DNA of 34,612 nucleotides from an uncultured Thiotrichales bacterium (GCA_964613895.1 CAZTJP010000003.1:1-34612), one strand, 5' to 3'; shown: positions 22,398-34,607, counted from the stretch's first letter. Notes: a model not told the origin generated them from the letters alone. Program-made: numbers and translations.

Positions 22398-23504
22398 ATG
22401 ATCGAACTGACACTTCCAAGGAATGATTTGCTGAATCCGTTGCAGAGCATCATTGGTGCCATCGAAAGACGCCAGACCATGCCGATGCTCGCCAACGTGC
22501 TGATCCGATCCGATGGCCATGATCTGGAACTGACCGCCACCGACCTCGAAATCACCCTGCGAGCCAAGAGTCCGGGCAATGGCGCCGCGGAGGGGAGTGC
22601 GGTGTTGCCGGCCAGGAAACTGCTGGATATCTGCAAGAATCTCCCCGATGACAAGGATGTTCAGATCCAGGCCGATCACGAAAAAGCCGTCATCAAGGCG
22701 GGTAAGAGCCGGTTCACGCTGGTGTGTTTGCCGCCGGAAGATTTTCCCGAGCAGGAAGAGGACAAGGGCGCAAGTATCCGCTTTACGCTGGATTCGAGCA
22801 TCCTGGCGGAGTTAGTGGCACATACGGCTTTTTCGATGGCGCATCAGGATGTTCGTTATTATCTCAACGGTTTGATGCTCGAACTGGGCGCCAGCCTGAT
22901 TCGTGCGGTGGCGACCGACGGTCACCGGCTGGCTTATGCGGAGTCGCCGGTAAGCCTCGATGTGGGGGAGAGTCAGCAGGTTATCGTGCCCAAGAAAGGC
23001 GTTGTCGAGTTGCAGCGCTGGCTCGATGGCGATGAAGGTGAACTCGAGATTACGCTCAGTGCCAATTCCATTCGTATCGAAAGCGCAACCAGAACGCTGG
23101 TCTCCAAGCTCATCGACGGGCGGTTTCCCGACTACAATCGCGTGATTCCCGAGCTGGCGGACAATGTCGGTGTGCTCGACCGGGTAGTGTTTCGAGAGGC
23201 CCTGCAACGGGCTGCCATTCTCTCCAATGAAAAGTACCGAGGCATTCGCCTGATCCTGGATCAGGACAGTCTCACCTTGCAGGCCCATAATTCCGAGCAG
23301 GAGGAAGCACAGGAAGAACTGCCCATGGAATATGATGGCGCACGGCTGGAAGTCGGATTCAACGTGCAATACCTGATGGATATCTGCAATACCATCGACA
23401 ATGACACGCTGGAACTGTCCATCCAGGACCCCAACTCCAGTGCATTACTCAGGGATCCCTCGAAGCCAGGAATGCGATACGTCGTGATGCCAATGAGGCT
23501 GTAA
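22398..23504 (+). CDS. dnaN: DNA polymerase III beta sliding clamp
   Basis: TATDLE, DVRYYLNG, ATDGHRL, SKLIDGRFPDY, C-terminal VVMPMRL; 368 aa. Confidence 0.99.
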   Translation: MIELTLPRNDLLNPLQSIIGAIERRQTMPMLANVLIRSDGHDLELTATDLEITLRAKSPGNGAAEGSAVLPARKLLDICKNLPDDKDVQIQADHEKAVIKAGKSRFTLVCLPPEDFPEQEEDKGASIRFTLDSSILAELVAHTAFSMAHQDVRYYLNGLMLELGASLIRAVATDGHRLAYAESPVSLDVGESQQVIVPKKGVVELQRWLDGDEGELEITLSANSIRIESATRTLVSKLIDGRFPDYNRVIPELADNVGVLDRVVFREALQRAAILSNEKYRGIRLILDQDSLTLQAHNSEQEEAQEELPMEYDGARLEVGFNVQYLMDICNTIDNDTLELSIQDPNSSALLRDPSKPGMRYVVMPMRL

Positions 23505-23518
23505 CGGCTTCCGCGTCG

Positions 23519-24607
23519 ATGGAGCTGCGTAAGCTCACGATCCAGTCTTTCAGGAATCTGTCATCACTGACGTTGGCGCCAGGCCCCGGGTTCAATGTGT
23601 TCTGGGGCGCGAATGGGGCTGGCAAGACTAGTATTCTCGAGGCGATTCATACGCTTTCTCAGGGTAAATCCTTTCGTAGTGGCGCTGTCAGGGATCTCAT
23701 CCAGTATCAGCAATCATCTTTCGTCATCAGCGCCGAGTTGGTGCGTTCCGGCAGTCTCCACCATATCGGCATCGAACGAAGCAGGGAACGCATGCGCGCC
23801 CGCATCGATTACGAGGATGTCGGCTCGATCAGGGAACTGGCCCGTAACTTGCCAGTCATCAGTATCCATCCCGGTTCCTTTGCGCTCATCACCGGAGAGC
23901 CGGCAGCGCGGCGTGCTTTTCTCGATTGGGGACTTTTCTTTGCCGATGCCGGATTTCACGACCACTGGCTCCGTTATGCTCGAGCGCTCAAGCAACGTAA
24001 TGCCGCGATTCGGTTGGGTAGTTCACCCAGACTGATTCGGCAGTGGGATGAAGCACTGGTCGAGCATGGCGAAATCATTTCTCGCGCGCGGCAGGGTTAT
24101 CTGCAACAGATCGCCGAAGGGCTGCCTTCCACTGCCGAGCAGTTTTCCTGGCAGGACAAGCTGGCGTTGAATTACCGTTGGGGCTGGCCTGATAACCAAT
24201 CGTTGGCTGAGGTGCTGGAACAGAACATCGACCGAGACCGCCAGCTTGGATTCACCTTCGCAGGCCCCCATCGGGGCGATTTCTCCACTCGTTTCTGTGA
24301 TCATGACGCCGCGCGTTTTGGCTCCCGCGGTCAAGTCAAGATGATTACATTGCTGCTCAAGCTGACCCAGGCACGCTTGTTCGCCAACCAGTTTGATCGG
24401 AAATGCGTGCTGTTGCTCGATGATGTCGCGTCGGAACTCGATCAGGAGAGGCAGTTGCAGTTGATTGGCGTGGTATACAGGCTAGGGCTGCAAACCTTCG
24501 TGACGTCAGTGGAGAAGAACGCTGAATTGTATCGTGGGGCTTCGGATACACGGATGTTTCACGTGAAACATGGCAAGTTGTCCCGGAATTCTCACAGGGT
24601 CGTATAG
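23519..24607 (+). CDS. recF: DNA replication/repair protein RecF
   Basis: FRNL, GANGAGKTS Walker A, GPHRGD, SRGQ, LLLDDVASELD; last residues and stop come from repeat copy 4. Confidence 0.97.
   Translation: MELRKLTIQSFRNLSSLTLAPGPGFNVFWGANGAGKTSILEAIHTLSQGKSFRSGAVRDLIQYQQSSFVISAELVRSGSLHHIGIERSRERMRARIDYEDVGSIRELARNLPVISIHPGSFALITGEPAARRAFLDWGLFFADAGFHDHWLRYARALKQRNAAIRLGSSPRLIRQWDEALVEHGEIISRARQGYLQQIAEGLPSTAEQFSWQDKLALNYRWGWPDNQSLAEVLEQNIDRDRQLGFTFAGPHRGDFSTRFCDHDAARFGSRGQVKMITLLLKLTQARLFANQFDRKCVLLLDDVASELDQERQLQLIGVVYRLGLQTFVTSVEKNAELYRGASDTRMFHVKHGKLSRNSHRVV
24555..24570. promoter_or_regulatory. parS centromere-like site (inside recF 3' end)
   Basis: Perfect TGTTTCACGTGAAACA palindrome matching the canonical chromosomal parS consensus; parAB present in window. 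Confidence 0.92.
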
Positions 24608-24766
24608 GAGACTGCTCAAGGTGGTGTGATGGCTGGTGTTCGCGAGCGAGGGCCGCGCAGGCGTAGTTGACACACAGGGACACTACGTCGAGCAGCCCGA
24701 CCTTGTGAACGACAGTCAGCGCGCCGCATTGGGCGGTCGCAGTCGTGACCCTGTGAGAAATTCGGG
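24582..24766 (+). repeat. Palindromic MITE-like element, copy 4 (185 bp, enlarged central loop)
   Basis: Ends CCCGGAATTCTC / GAGAAATTCGGG then CTAG; aligns with copy 3 with about 10 extra nt in the apical hairpin. Confidence 0.93.
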
Positions 24767-24867
24767 CTAGCAAATAAGCGGGCAGGCAAGCAGTTACATC
24801 GGGATTTTCAATCAGAACAGGTATATAATAGCGGTTCAGCAATCTGCTGAATCCCAAACTACCTCCA

Positions 24868-24883
24868 TGTTTCACGTGAAACA
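24868..24883. promoter_or_regulatory. parS centromere-like site (recF-gyrB intergenic)
   Basis: Second perfect TGTTTCACGTGAAACA, 313 bp from the first. Confidence 0.92.
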
Positions 24884-24975
24884 TTCCCGGGTTACTCGTT
24901 ATCGCCGTGAGGATTTTCCCGTTGGATACTGGGCGGGATCGAAGCGATAGACAGGGGCAGGGCCCCGGACATTGA

Positions 24976-27396
<2,421 letters not shown>

Positions 27397-27430
27397 TACA
27401 TGTCTGATGGACGACCGGAGTGCGTTCCGG

Positions 27431-27499
27431 TCCGGGTTTCTCATCAGCGTAGCGAGGCCGTATTGGGTGCTCGCCGTCGTGATCTGATAGGAAACCGGG
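27431..27499 (+). repeat. Palindromic MITE-like element, copy 5 (degenerate mini-copy, about 69 bp)
   Basis: CCGGGTTTCTC...CGTAGCGAGGCCG...ATTGGG...TCGTGAT...GAAACCGGG then CCAG; retains both ends and diagnostic internal words. Confidence 0.78.
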
Positions 27500-27545
27500 C
27501 CAGCGCTGCGGCCGCCTGACCATTTGAATAGGAAAATACGAGTCC

Positions 27546-29591
27546 ATGACGGAAAACCCACTACTAGAACAGACTGATCTGCCAGCCTTTTCCAAAATTC
27601 GCCCTGAGCATATCGAACCTGCTATCGACCAAATCCTGGCGGATAATCGTCAGGCCTTGCAAGAACTGCTGACCCGGCACTCGACATTCACCTGGGACAA
27701 GCTGATCGTTCCACTGGAGGAGAACGAAGATCGCTTGTCTCGCGCCTGGTCTCCGGTGCGGCACATGAACTCGGTCGTCAACAGTGAACCATTGCGCCAG
27801 GCCTACAATAACTGCCTGCCGAAGTTGTCCGAATATGGCACTGAACTGGGGCAGAACCGGGCGCTGTTCGAAGCCTACAAGCAATTGCGGAAAATCGCGG
27901 ATGAACAAGGTTTGAGCAGCGCGCAAAAAACAGTGCTGGACAAGGCCATTCGTGATTTCAAGCTCAGCGGAGTGGATCTCGATGGCGACAAAAAGCAGCG
28001 TTTTTCTGAAATTTCAAAACAATTAAGTGAATTATCGGCGAAGTTCGAGGAAAATGTACTCGATGCCACCAATGCCTGGAGCAAGCATCTGCCTGATCTC
28101 GAATCCTTGGCCGGACTGCCACCGAGTGCAATGGAGATGGTGCAACAGGAAGCCAAATCCCGCGACCTCGACGGTGCCGTGATCACGCTGCAGTATCCTT
28201 CCTACATCGCAGTGATGACTTACGCCGATGATCGCAGCCTGCGGGAAGAAGTCTATCGGGCATTCGTCACCCGGGCGTCCGATCAGGGAGACAAGCCTGA
28301 ATGGGACAATTCCCAAATCATCGAAGACATGCTGCGGCTCAAACATGAGGCAGCGCAGCTGCTCGGATTCAACAATTTTGCGGAACGTTCGCTGGCGACC
28401 AAGATGGCGGAGTCACCGGCCAGCGTCATGGCGTTTCTCGAAGATCTGGCGGCACGCGCCCGACCGGCTGCCGAACGCGAATTCTCCGAGCTACGCCGCT
28501 TTGCACGTGGCGTGCTGGGCTATGATGAGCTGAAGGCCTGGGACGTCGCCTATGCCAGTGAAAAACTCAAGGGCGTCCATTATTCACTGTCACAGGAAGA
28601 CCTCAAACCGTATTTCCCGGTCGATAATGTCGTCAACGGCCTGTTCGCGCTGGTTCGGAAACTCTACGGTATCGACATCCGGCCTCGGAACGATGTCGAT
28701 ACCTGGCATCCCGATGTGCGGTTCTACGAGATCTACGATCGGGAGGGACAACTTCAGGCACAATTCTATTTCGATCTGTATGCCCGTCAAAACAAGCGTG
28801 GCGGCGCCTGGATGGACGAATGCATCAGCCGCCGGCGAACTCCCCGGGGTATCCAGATCCCTGTCGCCTACATGACCTGTAACTCCAGTCCACCGGTAGG
28901 TGACAAGCCGGCATTGTTCACCCACGATGAAGTGATCACCCTGTTCCATGAATTCGGTCATGGCCTGCACCACATGCTCACCCGCATCGATGAAGCCGAC
29001 GTCGCCGGCATCAGCGGGGTGGAATGGGACGCGGTCGAGCTCCCCAGCCAGTTCATGGAAAACTGGTGTTGGGAGCGAGAAGTGCTGGATATGTTCGCCC
29101 GCCACTACGAGACCGACGAACCACTGCCCGACTCGCTCTACCAGAAACTGATCGCCAGCAAGAATTTTCAGGCTGCCATGCAAATGGTGCGGCAGCTCGA
29201 GTTCGCCATTTTCGACATGCGTATCCACAGCGAATACGATCCGGAGAAAGGCGCTCGCGTCATGGAAATACTGGACCAGGTCCGGCGCCAGGTCGCTGTG
29301 CTGCAACCCCCGGCATACAATCGTTTTCCGCACAGCTTCAGCCACATCTTCGGTGGCGGCTACGCGGCCGGCTACTACAGCTACAAATGGGCTGAGGTGC
29401 TGTCGGCGGACGCCTTCTCGCGTTTCGAGGAAGAAGGCCTCTTCAATCCCAAGGTGGGCACGGATTTTCTCGAACATATCCTGCAGGTTGGCGGCTCGCG
29501 CGATGCGATGGAATCCTTCAAGGCCTTTCGTGGACGTGAACCACGCATCGACGCCCTGCTCAAACACAGTGGCCTGCTCGAGACCGACTGA
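27546..29591 (+). CDS. prlC: Oligopeptidase A (M3 family metallopeptidase)
   Basis: NPLL N-terminus, KRGGAWM, FHEFGHGLHH zinc motif, WDAVELPSQ, GYAAGYYSYKWAE; 681 aa. Confidence 0.96.
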   Translation: MTENPLLEQTDLPAFSKIRPEHIEPAIDQILADNRQALQELLTRHSTFTWDKLIVPLEENEDRLSRAWSPVRHMNSVVNSEPLRQAYNNCLPKLSEYGTELGQNRALFEAYKQLRKIADEQGLSSAQKTVLDKAIRDFKLSGVDLDGDKKQRFSEISKQLSELSAKFEENVLDATNAWSKHLPDLESLAGLPPSAMEMVQQEAKSRDLDGAVITLQYPSYIAVMTYADDRSLREEVYRAFVTRASDQGDKPEWDNSQIIEDMLRLKHEAAQLLGFNNFAERSLATKMAESPASVMAFLEDLAARARPAAEREFSELRRFARGVLGYDELKAWDVAYASEKLKGVHYSLSQEDLKPYFPVDNVVNGLFALVRKLYGIDIRPRNDVDTWHPDVRFYEIYDREGQLQAQFYFDLYARQNKRGGAWMDECISRRRTPRGIQIPVAYMTCNSSPPVGDKPALFTHDEVITLFHEFGHGLHHMLTRIDEADVAGISGVEWDAVELPSQFMENWCWEREVLDMFARHYETDEPLPDSLYQKLIASKNFQAAMQMVRQLEFAIFDMRIHSEYDPEKGARVMEILDQVRRQVAVLQPPAYNRFPHSFSHIFGGGYAAGYYSYKWAEVLSADAFSRFEEEGLFNPKVGTDFLEHILQVGGSRDAMESFKAFRGREPRIDALLKHSGLLETD

Positions 29592-29614
29592 GTGAGATCC
29601 GGAGGGGAACAACG

Positions 29615-30385
29615 ATGAAAATCGCGACATGGAACGTCAATTCGCTCAAGGTGCGACTGCCACAGGTACTGGATTGGATCGAAACCCATCGACCCGACGT
29701 GCTGGCACTACAGGAAACCAAACTGACCGATGAAAATTTTCCGCGTGACGAGATGCTCGCCGCTGGCTATCAGGTCGTCCATTCCGGTCAGAAAACCTAC
29801 AACGGGGTCGCCACCCTCAGCCGCTCGCCAGCGACTGACATCATCACCGATGCGCCCGGTCTCGACGATCCGCAACGGCGGATTCTGGGCACCACCATCG
29901 ATGGAGTGAGAATCCTCAACCTCTATGTCGTCAATGGCGCCGAAGTCGGATCGGAAAAATTTGCCTACAAAATGGACTGGCTGGAAAAGGTCACGGCGCT
30001 CATTGAGCGGGAAAGACGTGACCATGAGGACTATATCGTTCTGGGCGATTTCAATATCGCACCCACCGACGAGGATGTTTACGACCCGGAGAAATGCCAG
30101 GAGCGTATCCTCTGCTCGACGGCGGAGCGGCAGGCACTGCAGAGAATTCTCGATCTGGGATTCACGGATACCTTTCGGCTTTTCGAGCAGCAGCCCGCGA
30201 CCTTTTCATGGTGGGACTATCGCCATCTCGCCTTTCGCCGCAACCGGGGATACCGCATCGATCTGATCCTTGCCAGCCCGTCGATGGCGCAACGTTGCAA
30301 GGCAACCTGGATCGATCAAACCCCTCGCAAGCTGGAGCGGCCCTCCGATCACGCGCCGGTGATCGCCGAATTCGAGGACCGCTGA
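29615..30385 (+). CDS. xthA: Exodeoxyribonuclease III
   Basis: TWNVNS, LQETK, YNGVA, GDFNIA, WWDYR, RID, SDHAP motifs; 256 aa. Confidence 0.95.
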   Translation: MKIATWNVNSLKVRLPQVLDWIETHRPDVLALQETKLTDENFPRDEMLAAGYQVVHSGQKTYNGVATLSRSPATDIITDAPGLDDPQRRILGTTIDGVRILNLYVVNGAEVGSEKFAYKMDWLEKVTALIERERRDHEDYIVLGDFNIAPTDEDVYDPEKCQERILCSTAERQALQRILDLGFTDTFRLFEQQPATFSWWDYRHLAFRRNRGYRIDLILASPSMAQRCKATWIDQTPRKLERPSDHAPVIAEFEDR

Positions 30386-30392
30386 GCAGGAC

Positions 30393-31250
30393 TCAATCGG
30401 CGATCGATTCCCGCAGTTTCTTCATCGCATTGCTTTCGATCTGCCGGATGCGCTCGGCTGAGACACCGTATTTGTCCGCCAGTGAATGCAAGGTTTCCTT
30501 CTTTTCACCCAGCCAACGGCTGGCAAGAATGTCCTGACTACGTTCATCGAGGGCCGCCAGCGCCGAATGCAGTTTCCGGTTATTGCGGGCCGTCCAGTCT
30601 TCTGCCTCGAGTGTCACGGCTGGATCGTCTTCCTCGTGTGCCAGATAGGCGACCGGCGAGGTGTGATTATCCTCTTCATCGCTGGCTTGCAGATCGAAAC
30701 CGATATCCGAGCCTGTCAAGCGGGATTCCATCTCCGTGACCTCTTCCGGCTTGACGCCAAGATCAGCCGCCACCGAGTTGATTTCATCCTGGTTGAGCCA
30801 GGCAAGGCGTTTCTTGGCGCTGCGCAGATTGAAGAACAGCTTGCGTTGCGCCTTGGTGGTCGCAACCTTGACGATCCGCCAGTTACGCAGAATGTATTCA
30901 TGAATCTCGGCGCGAATCCAGTGAACCGCGAACGATACCAAACGAACATTCTTGTCCGGATCGAATCGCTTGACCGCTTTCATCAGGCCGATATTGCCTT
31001 CCTGTACCAGATCACCCAGCGGCAACCCATAGCCGCTGTAGCCACGCGCAATCTTGATGACGAACCGCAGGTTGTGCAATACCAGTTTGCGGGCGGCCTC
31101 GAGATCCTTTTCGTCGCGCCAGCGGCGAGCCAGACCGTACTCCTCGTCACGGCTCAGCACTGGATAGCTGTGTGCGACGTGCATGAAGGTTTCGAGGTTG
31201 CCAACCGCAACCGGAAAAGCTTCATTACGAATCTGTAGTGAATTGGTCAT
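30393..31250 (-). CDS. rpoH: RNA polymerase sigma-32 factor
   Basis: DLVQEGNIGLMKAV and RpoH box QRKLFFNLR; ATG at 31250 preceded by GGGGAG gives 285 aa (the ORF-track start at 31298 lies inside the CIRCE). Confidence 0.96.
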   Translation of the reverse strand: MTNSLQIRNEAFPVAVGNLETFMHVAHSYPVLSRDEEYGLARRWRDEKDLEAARKLVLHNLRFVIKIARGYSGYGLPLGDLVQEGNIGLMKAVKRFDPDKNVRLVSFAVHWIRAEIHEYILRNWRIVKVATTKAQRKLFFNLRSAKKRLAWLNQDEINSVAADLGVKPEEVTEMESRLTGSDIGFDLQASDEEDNHTSPVAYLAHEEDDPAVTLEAEDWTARNNRKLHSALAALDERSQDILASRWLGEKKETLHSLADKYGVSAERIRQIESNAMKKLRESIAD

Positions 31251-31287
31251 GTCGATACTCTCCCCACTTCCACGAGTGAGATATAGT

Positions 31288-31314
31288 TTAGCACTCATTT
31301 GAACAGAGTGCTAA
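31288..31314. promoter_or_regulatory. CIRCE element (HrcA operator) upstream of rpoH
   Basis: Exact TTAGCACTC-N9-GAGTGCTAA. Confidence 0.95.
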
Positions 31315-31560
31315 CAATTTTACGATAGAAAACTAATAATATAGTATTTTCAATTAGTTATGAAACATCAATAACATTAGAACCAGCTAATATTTGGCAA
31401 TTGAAATGGCGATTGGGCCACGCGACCGGGTGGTGATGGCGGCCAACCGCTCAATCGCCAGGGTTGCTCTGGAATCAACCGACACGGGCTATACTATGGT
31501 CCAGGGATTAACCAAACCTGAATTCCGTTAACAATTTTGTCGAAAACAAGGAGACAGCCC

Positions 31561-32550
31561 TTGACTCGAACCATTCGGCCTCCCGTCCTGGAAACCACTC
31601 AGCAAAAAACCACCCGAGCCAGCCGGTATACCAACCGGCCGGCCGCCGTCGGCTTTTCTCGTCTGACGCAATTCCTGTTACTGCTTTTTGCCGTAATCCT
31701 GCTCAACACGTTGCTGGTGCCAGACGCCGAAGCGCGGCGCTTTGGCGGCGGCATGAATTTCGGCAAGACGTACCGCTATGCCCGGCCAGCCCAACCGGCG
31801 CGCCCCTTTCGCCAGCCAAGCCGGGCAAACAATGATCGGTCAAACACCACGGGCGCCGCACCACGTCGAGGTGGGCTGATGGGGCCACTGGCGGGCCTGG
31901 CGGCCGGTGGTCTGCTGGGGGCGTTGTTCTTTGGTGGCGCATTTCAGGGTATTCAGTTGGTCGATGTGCTGGTTTTCGGCTTGCTGGCGTTTCTGGGATT
32001 CCGACTGCTGCGGGGTCTGACCCGCTCAGGGCCGGCACGACAGCCGGGTGAGCCGATTACCACCGGACCACCCAATTTCCGTACCACGTCCACCGTGGGA
32101 ACTGGGCACTCGCCAGAGCGATCCTTTGAGACACCCACGATCGGTTCAGCGTTGAACGATCAGCCGTTGACGGCGGCACCGTCCTGGTTCGACGAAGCAC
32201 GGTTCATGGCTGAAGCAGAGCATCACTTTCGACGCTTGCAGGCCGCCTGGGATGACAACGATCTGACGTGTATCCAGGAATATGTCACGCCCGAACTGTT
32301 CGAGGAAATCCGCCACCAGTCGCTGCAGCGGGAATCGGCGTCGACAACCGAGGTGATCCAGCTTTCCTCACAACTGCTCGATGTGATCGAGGATGGCGAT
32401 CAGGTCGTCGCCGCTATCCTGTTCAGTGGCAAAATCCGGGAAGATGGCGGGACGGTTCAGCCATTTGCTGAAATCTGGCATATCACCCACCGCAAGGACA
32501 ATCCAGCTGGCGACTGGCGGATTGCCGGCATTCGACAGCACGAATCCTGA
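31561..32550 (+). CDS. Tim44-like domain membrane protein
   Basis: Hydrophobic leader then AEARRFGGG, Gly-rich GLAAGGLLGALF segment, 'FRRLQAAWD', 'EIWH', 'WRIAGIRQ'; TTG 31561 has AAGGAG 7 nt upstream. Confidence 0.85.
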   Translation: MTRTIRPPVLETTQQKTTRASRYTNRPAAVGFSRLTQFLLLLFAVILLNTLLVPDAEARRFGGGMNFGKTYRYARPAQPARPFRQPSRANNDRSNTTGAAPRRGGLMGPLAGLAAGGLLGALFFGGAFQGIQLVDVLVFGLLAFLGFRLLRGLTRSGPARQPGEPITTGPPNFRTTSTVGTGHSPERSFETPTIGSALNDQPLTAAPSWFDEARFMAEAEHHFRRLQAAWDDNDLTCIQEYVTPELFEEIRHQSLQRESASTTEVIQLSSQLLDVIEDGDQVVAAILFSGKIREDGGTVQPFAEIWHITHRKDNPAGDWRIAGIRQHES

Positions 32551-32573
32551 TGGCCCGCCGGTAACGCTCGGCC

Positions 32574-34607
32574 ATGGAAGCGGAAGATCGGGCAACCGAG
32601 CCCTCCCGCCAGCGTGGCTGGCTGGGTATCGACACCGGCGGCACGTTTACCGATTTCGTCTATATCGAACAAGGCGCGGTGCGTGTCCACAAGGTGCCTT
32701 CGACGCCGGACCACCCTGAGCAGGCGATCCTGCGCGGCATCCGCGAAATGGGACTGCATGAGCGGGCGTTGCGCATCGTTCACGGCTCGACCGTGGCCAC
32801 CAATGCGGTGCTTGAAGGCAAAGGCGCGCGCACCGCGTACATCACCAACCGGGGCTTCGGCGATATTCTGACGATTGGCCGTCAGGCTCGCCGCGAACTG
32901 TACAATCTCCAGCCCCGGCCCGGCGAGCCTCCAGTCCCGCGCGAGCTGTGCCTGGAAACCGGCGGACGCTTGTCGGCGGATGGTGAATGGCTGGAGCCGT
33001 TGACCGACGAAGATATCGAGCGATTGCGGGCGGCGCTCGCCCGGCTCCGTCCGCAAGCTGTTGCCATCAACCTGCTGTTCTCGTTTGTCGATGATTCCGC
33101 CGAACGGCAGCTGGCAGCCGCGATCGATCCTGCCATCTTTGTCTCACGTTCCTCTGCGGTATTACGGGAATACCGGGAATACGAACGGGGTATCGCCACC
33201 TGGCTGAATGCGCGAGTCGGGCCGGTGATGAAGCAATATCTGCGACGCCTGACGACGGCGCTGAAGGACTGTGACATCGAGGTCATGCAAAGTCATGGCG
33301 GCACCATTCCGGCTCGCCAGGCGGGTGATCTGGCCGTGCAATTGTTGCTGTCGGGGCCCGCTGGCGGACTGGTGGGCGCCGCGGCGATGGCGAAACAGCT
33401 CGGCCATGACCGGCTGATGACTTTCGACATGGGCGGCACCTCCACCGATGTGGCGTTGATCGATGGCGAAATCGGCCTGACTTCGGAAGGTCAGATCGCC
33501 GGTTTCCCGGTCGCCACGCCGATGGTGGACATGCACACCATCGGAGCTGGTGGCGGCTCATTGGCCTGGCTGGATGCCGGTGGCATGCTGCAAGTGGGTC
33601 CCGAGTCCGCTGGCGCGGATCCAGGACCGGCCTGTTATGGCCGCGGTGGCGACAGGCCCACGGTGACCGATGCCAATCTGTTACTCGGCCATCTCGCGCC
33701 GGGCACATTGCTGGGCGGATCGATGCCGCTGGATCGGCCTGCGGCAGAACGGGCAATCGCCCGACTGGCCGAACAAGCCAGCCTGACAGCGGCAGACATG
33801 GCACGTGGCATCGTGCGGATCGCGAACGAACACATGGTCCAGGCTCTGCGGGTGATCTCGGTACAGCGAGGCTACGATCCGCGTGATTTCGTACTGATGC
33901 CGTTCGGTGGTTCGGCCGGCCTGCATGTCTGTGCCCTGGCCGATGCGATGCGCATCGACCGGGTGCTGGTCCCGATTCATGGTGGCGTCCTGTCGGCTTT
34001 CGGCATGGTGGTCGCCGAGCCGGCGCGGGAAATCTCCCAGTCACTGGTGAAGCGACTCGACCGCTGTTCCGCCGATGAGCTGGCAGACCGCTTCACCGAT
34101 TTCGAGGCACAACTGGCCGCCGCGATGAATCATCCTGCCGACAGGCTCCGGTTCCAGCGTCGGGTGGAATGCCGATATCTGGGGCAATCTTCGGTGCTGC
34201 GGCTCCCCTGGCAATCCGATCCGGCGGCGATTGCGAAGGCATTCCACGATCTTCATCAGGCCCAGTATGGACATGCGCTGGATGCGCCGGTCGAGCTGGT
34301 CAACCTGCGGGCTCGGGCGGTTGCACCGCGCCAGCCCCATGACTTGCCGCGCCGTCCGATTCGTGAACCCGCCAGTCCGACCGATCATGTCCAAACGCTC
34401 GATGAAGGCCGCGTTCCGGTCTATGCGCGTGAGCAGCTGGCGCCGGCACAACGGATCGAAGGACCAGCGATCATCACGGAAACGGTTGCCACCACCTGGC
34501 TGGCACGCGACTGGACGGCAACGCTGACGCCTGAAGGCCATTTGTGGCTCGCCAGACCGCATTTCTCACAGGGTCGCGTAGCGACGTCGAGCAGCCCGAC
34601 CGAGTGA
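32574..34607 (+). CDS. Hydantoinase A / 5-oxoprolinase family protein
   Basis: GIDTGGTFTD, HGSTVATNA, SGPAGG, DMGGTSTDV, GAGGGS, PESAGADPGPACYG, PTVTDAN; last about 16 aa come from repeat copy 6. Confidence 0.93.
   Translation: MEAEDRATEPSRQRGWLGIDTGGTFTDFVYIEQGAVRVHKVPSTPDHPEQAILRGIREMGLHERALRIVHGSTVATNAVLEGKGARTAYITNRGFGDILTIGRQARRELYNLQPRPGEPPVPRELCLETGGRLSADGEWLEPLTDEDIERLRAALARLRPQAVAINLLFSFVDDSAERQLAAAIDPAIFVSRSSAVLREYREYERGIATWLNARVGPVMKQYLRRLTTALKDCDIEVMQSHGGTIPARQAGDLAVQLLLSGPAGGLVGAAAMAKQLGHDRLMTFDMGGTSTDVALIDGEIGLTSEGQIAGFPVATPMVDMHTIGAGGGSLAWLDAGGMLQVGPESAGADPGPACYGRGGDRPTVTDANLLLGHLAPGTLLGGSMPLDRPAAERAIARLAEQASLTAADMARGIVRIANEHMVQALRVISVQRGYDPRDFVLMPFGGSAGLHVCALADAMRIDRVLVPIHGGVLSAFGMVVAEPAREISQSLVKRLDRCSADELADRFTDFEAQLAAAMNHPADRLRFQRRVECRYLGQSSVLRLPWQSDPAAIAKAFHDLHQAQYGHALDAPVELVNLRARAVAPRQPHDLPRRPIREPASPTDHVQTLDEGRVPVYAREQLAPAQRIEGPAIITETVATTWLARDWTATLTPEGHLWLARPHFSQGRVATSSSPTE

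Noticed and set aside
24357-24884. 175-aa - strand ORF beginning MFHVKH
   Set aside because: Built from the parS palindrome, repeat copy 4 and recF antisense; no independent coding evidence.
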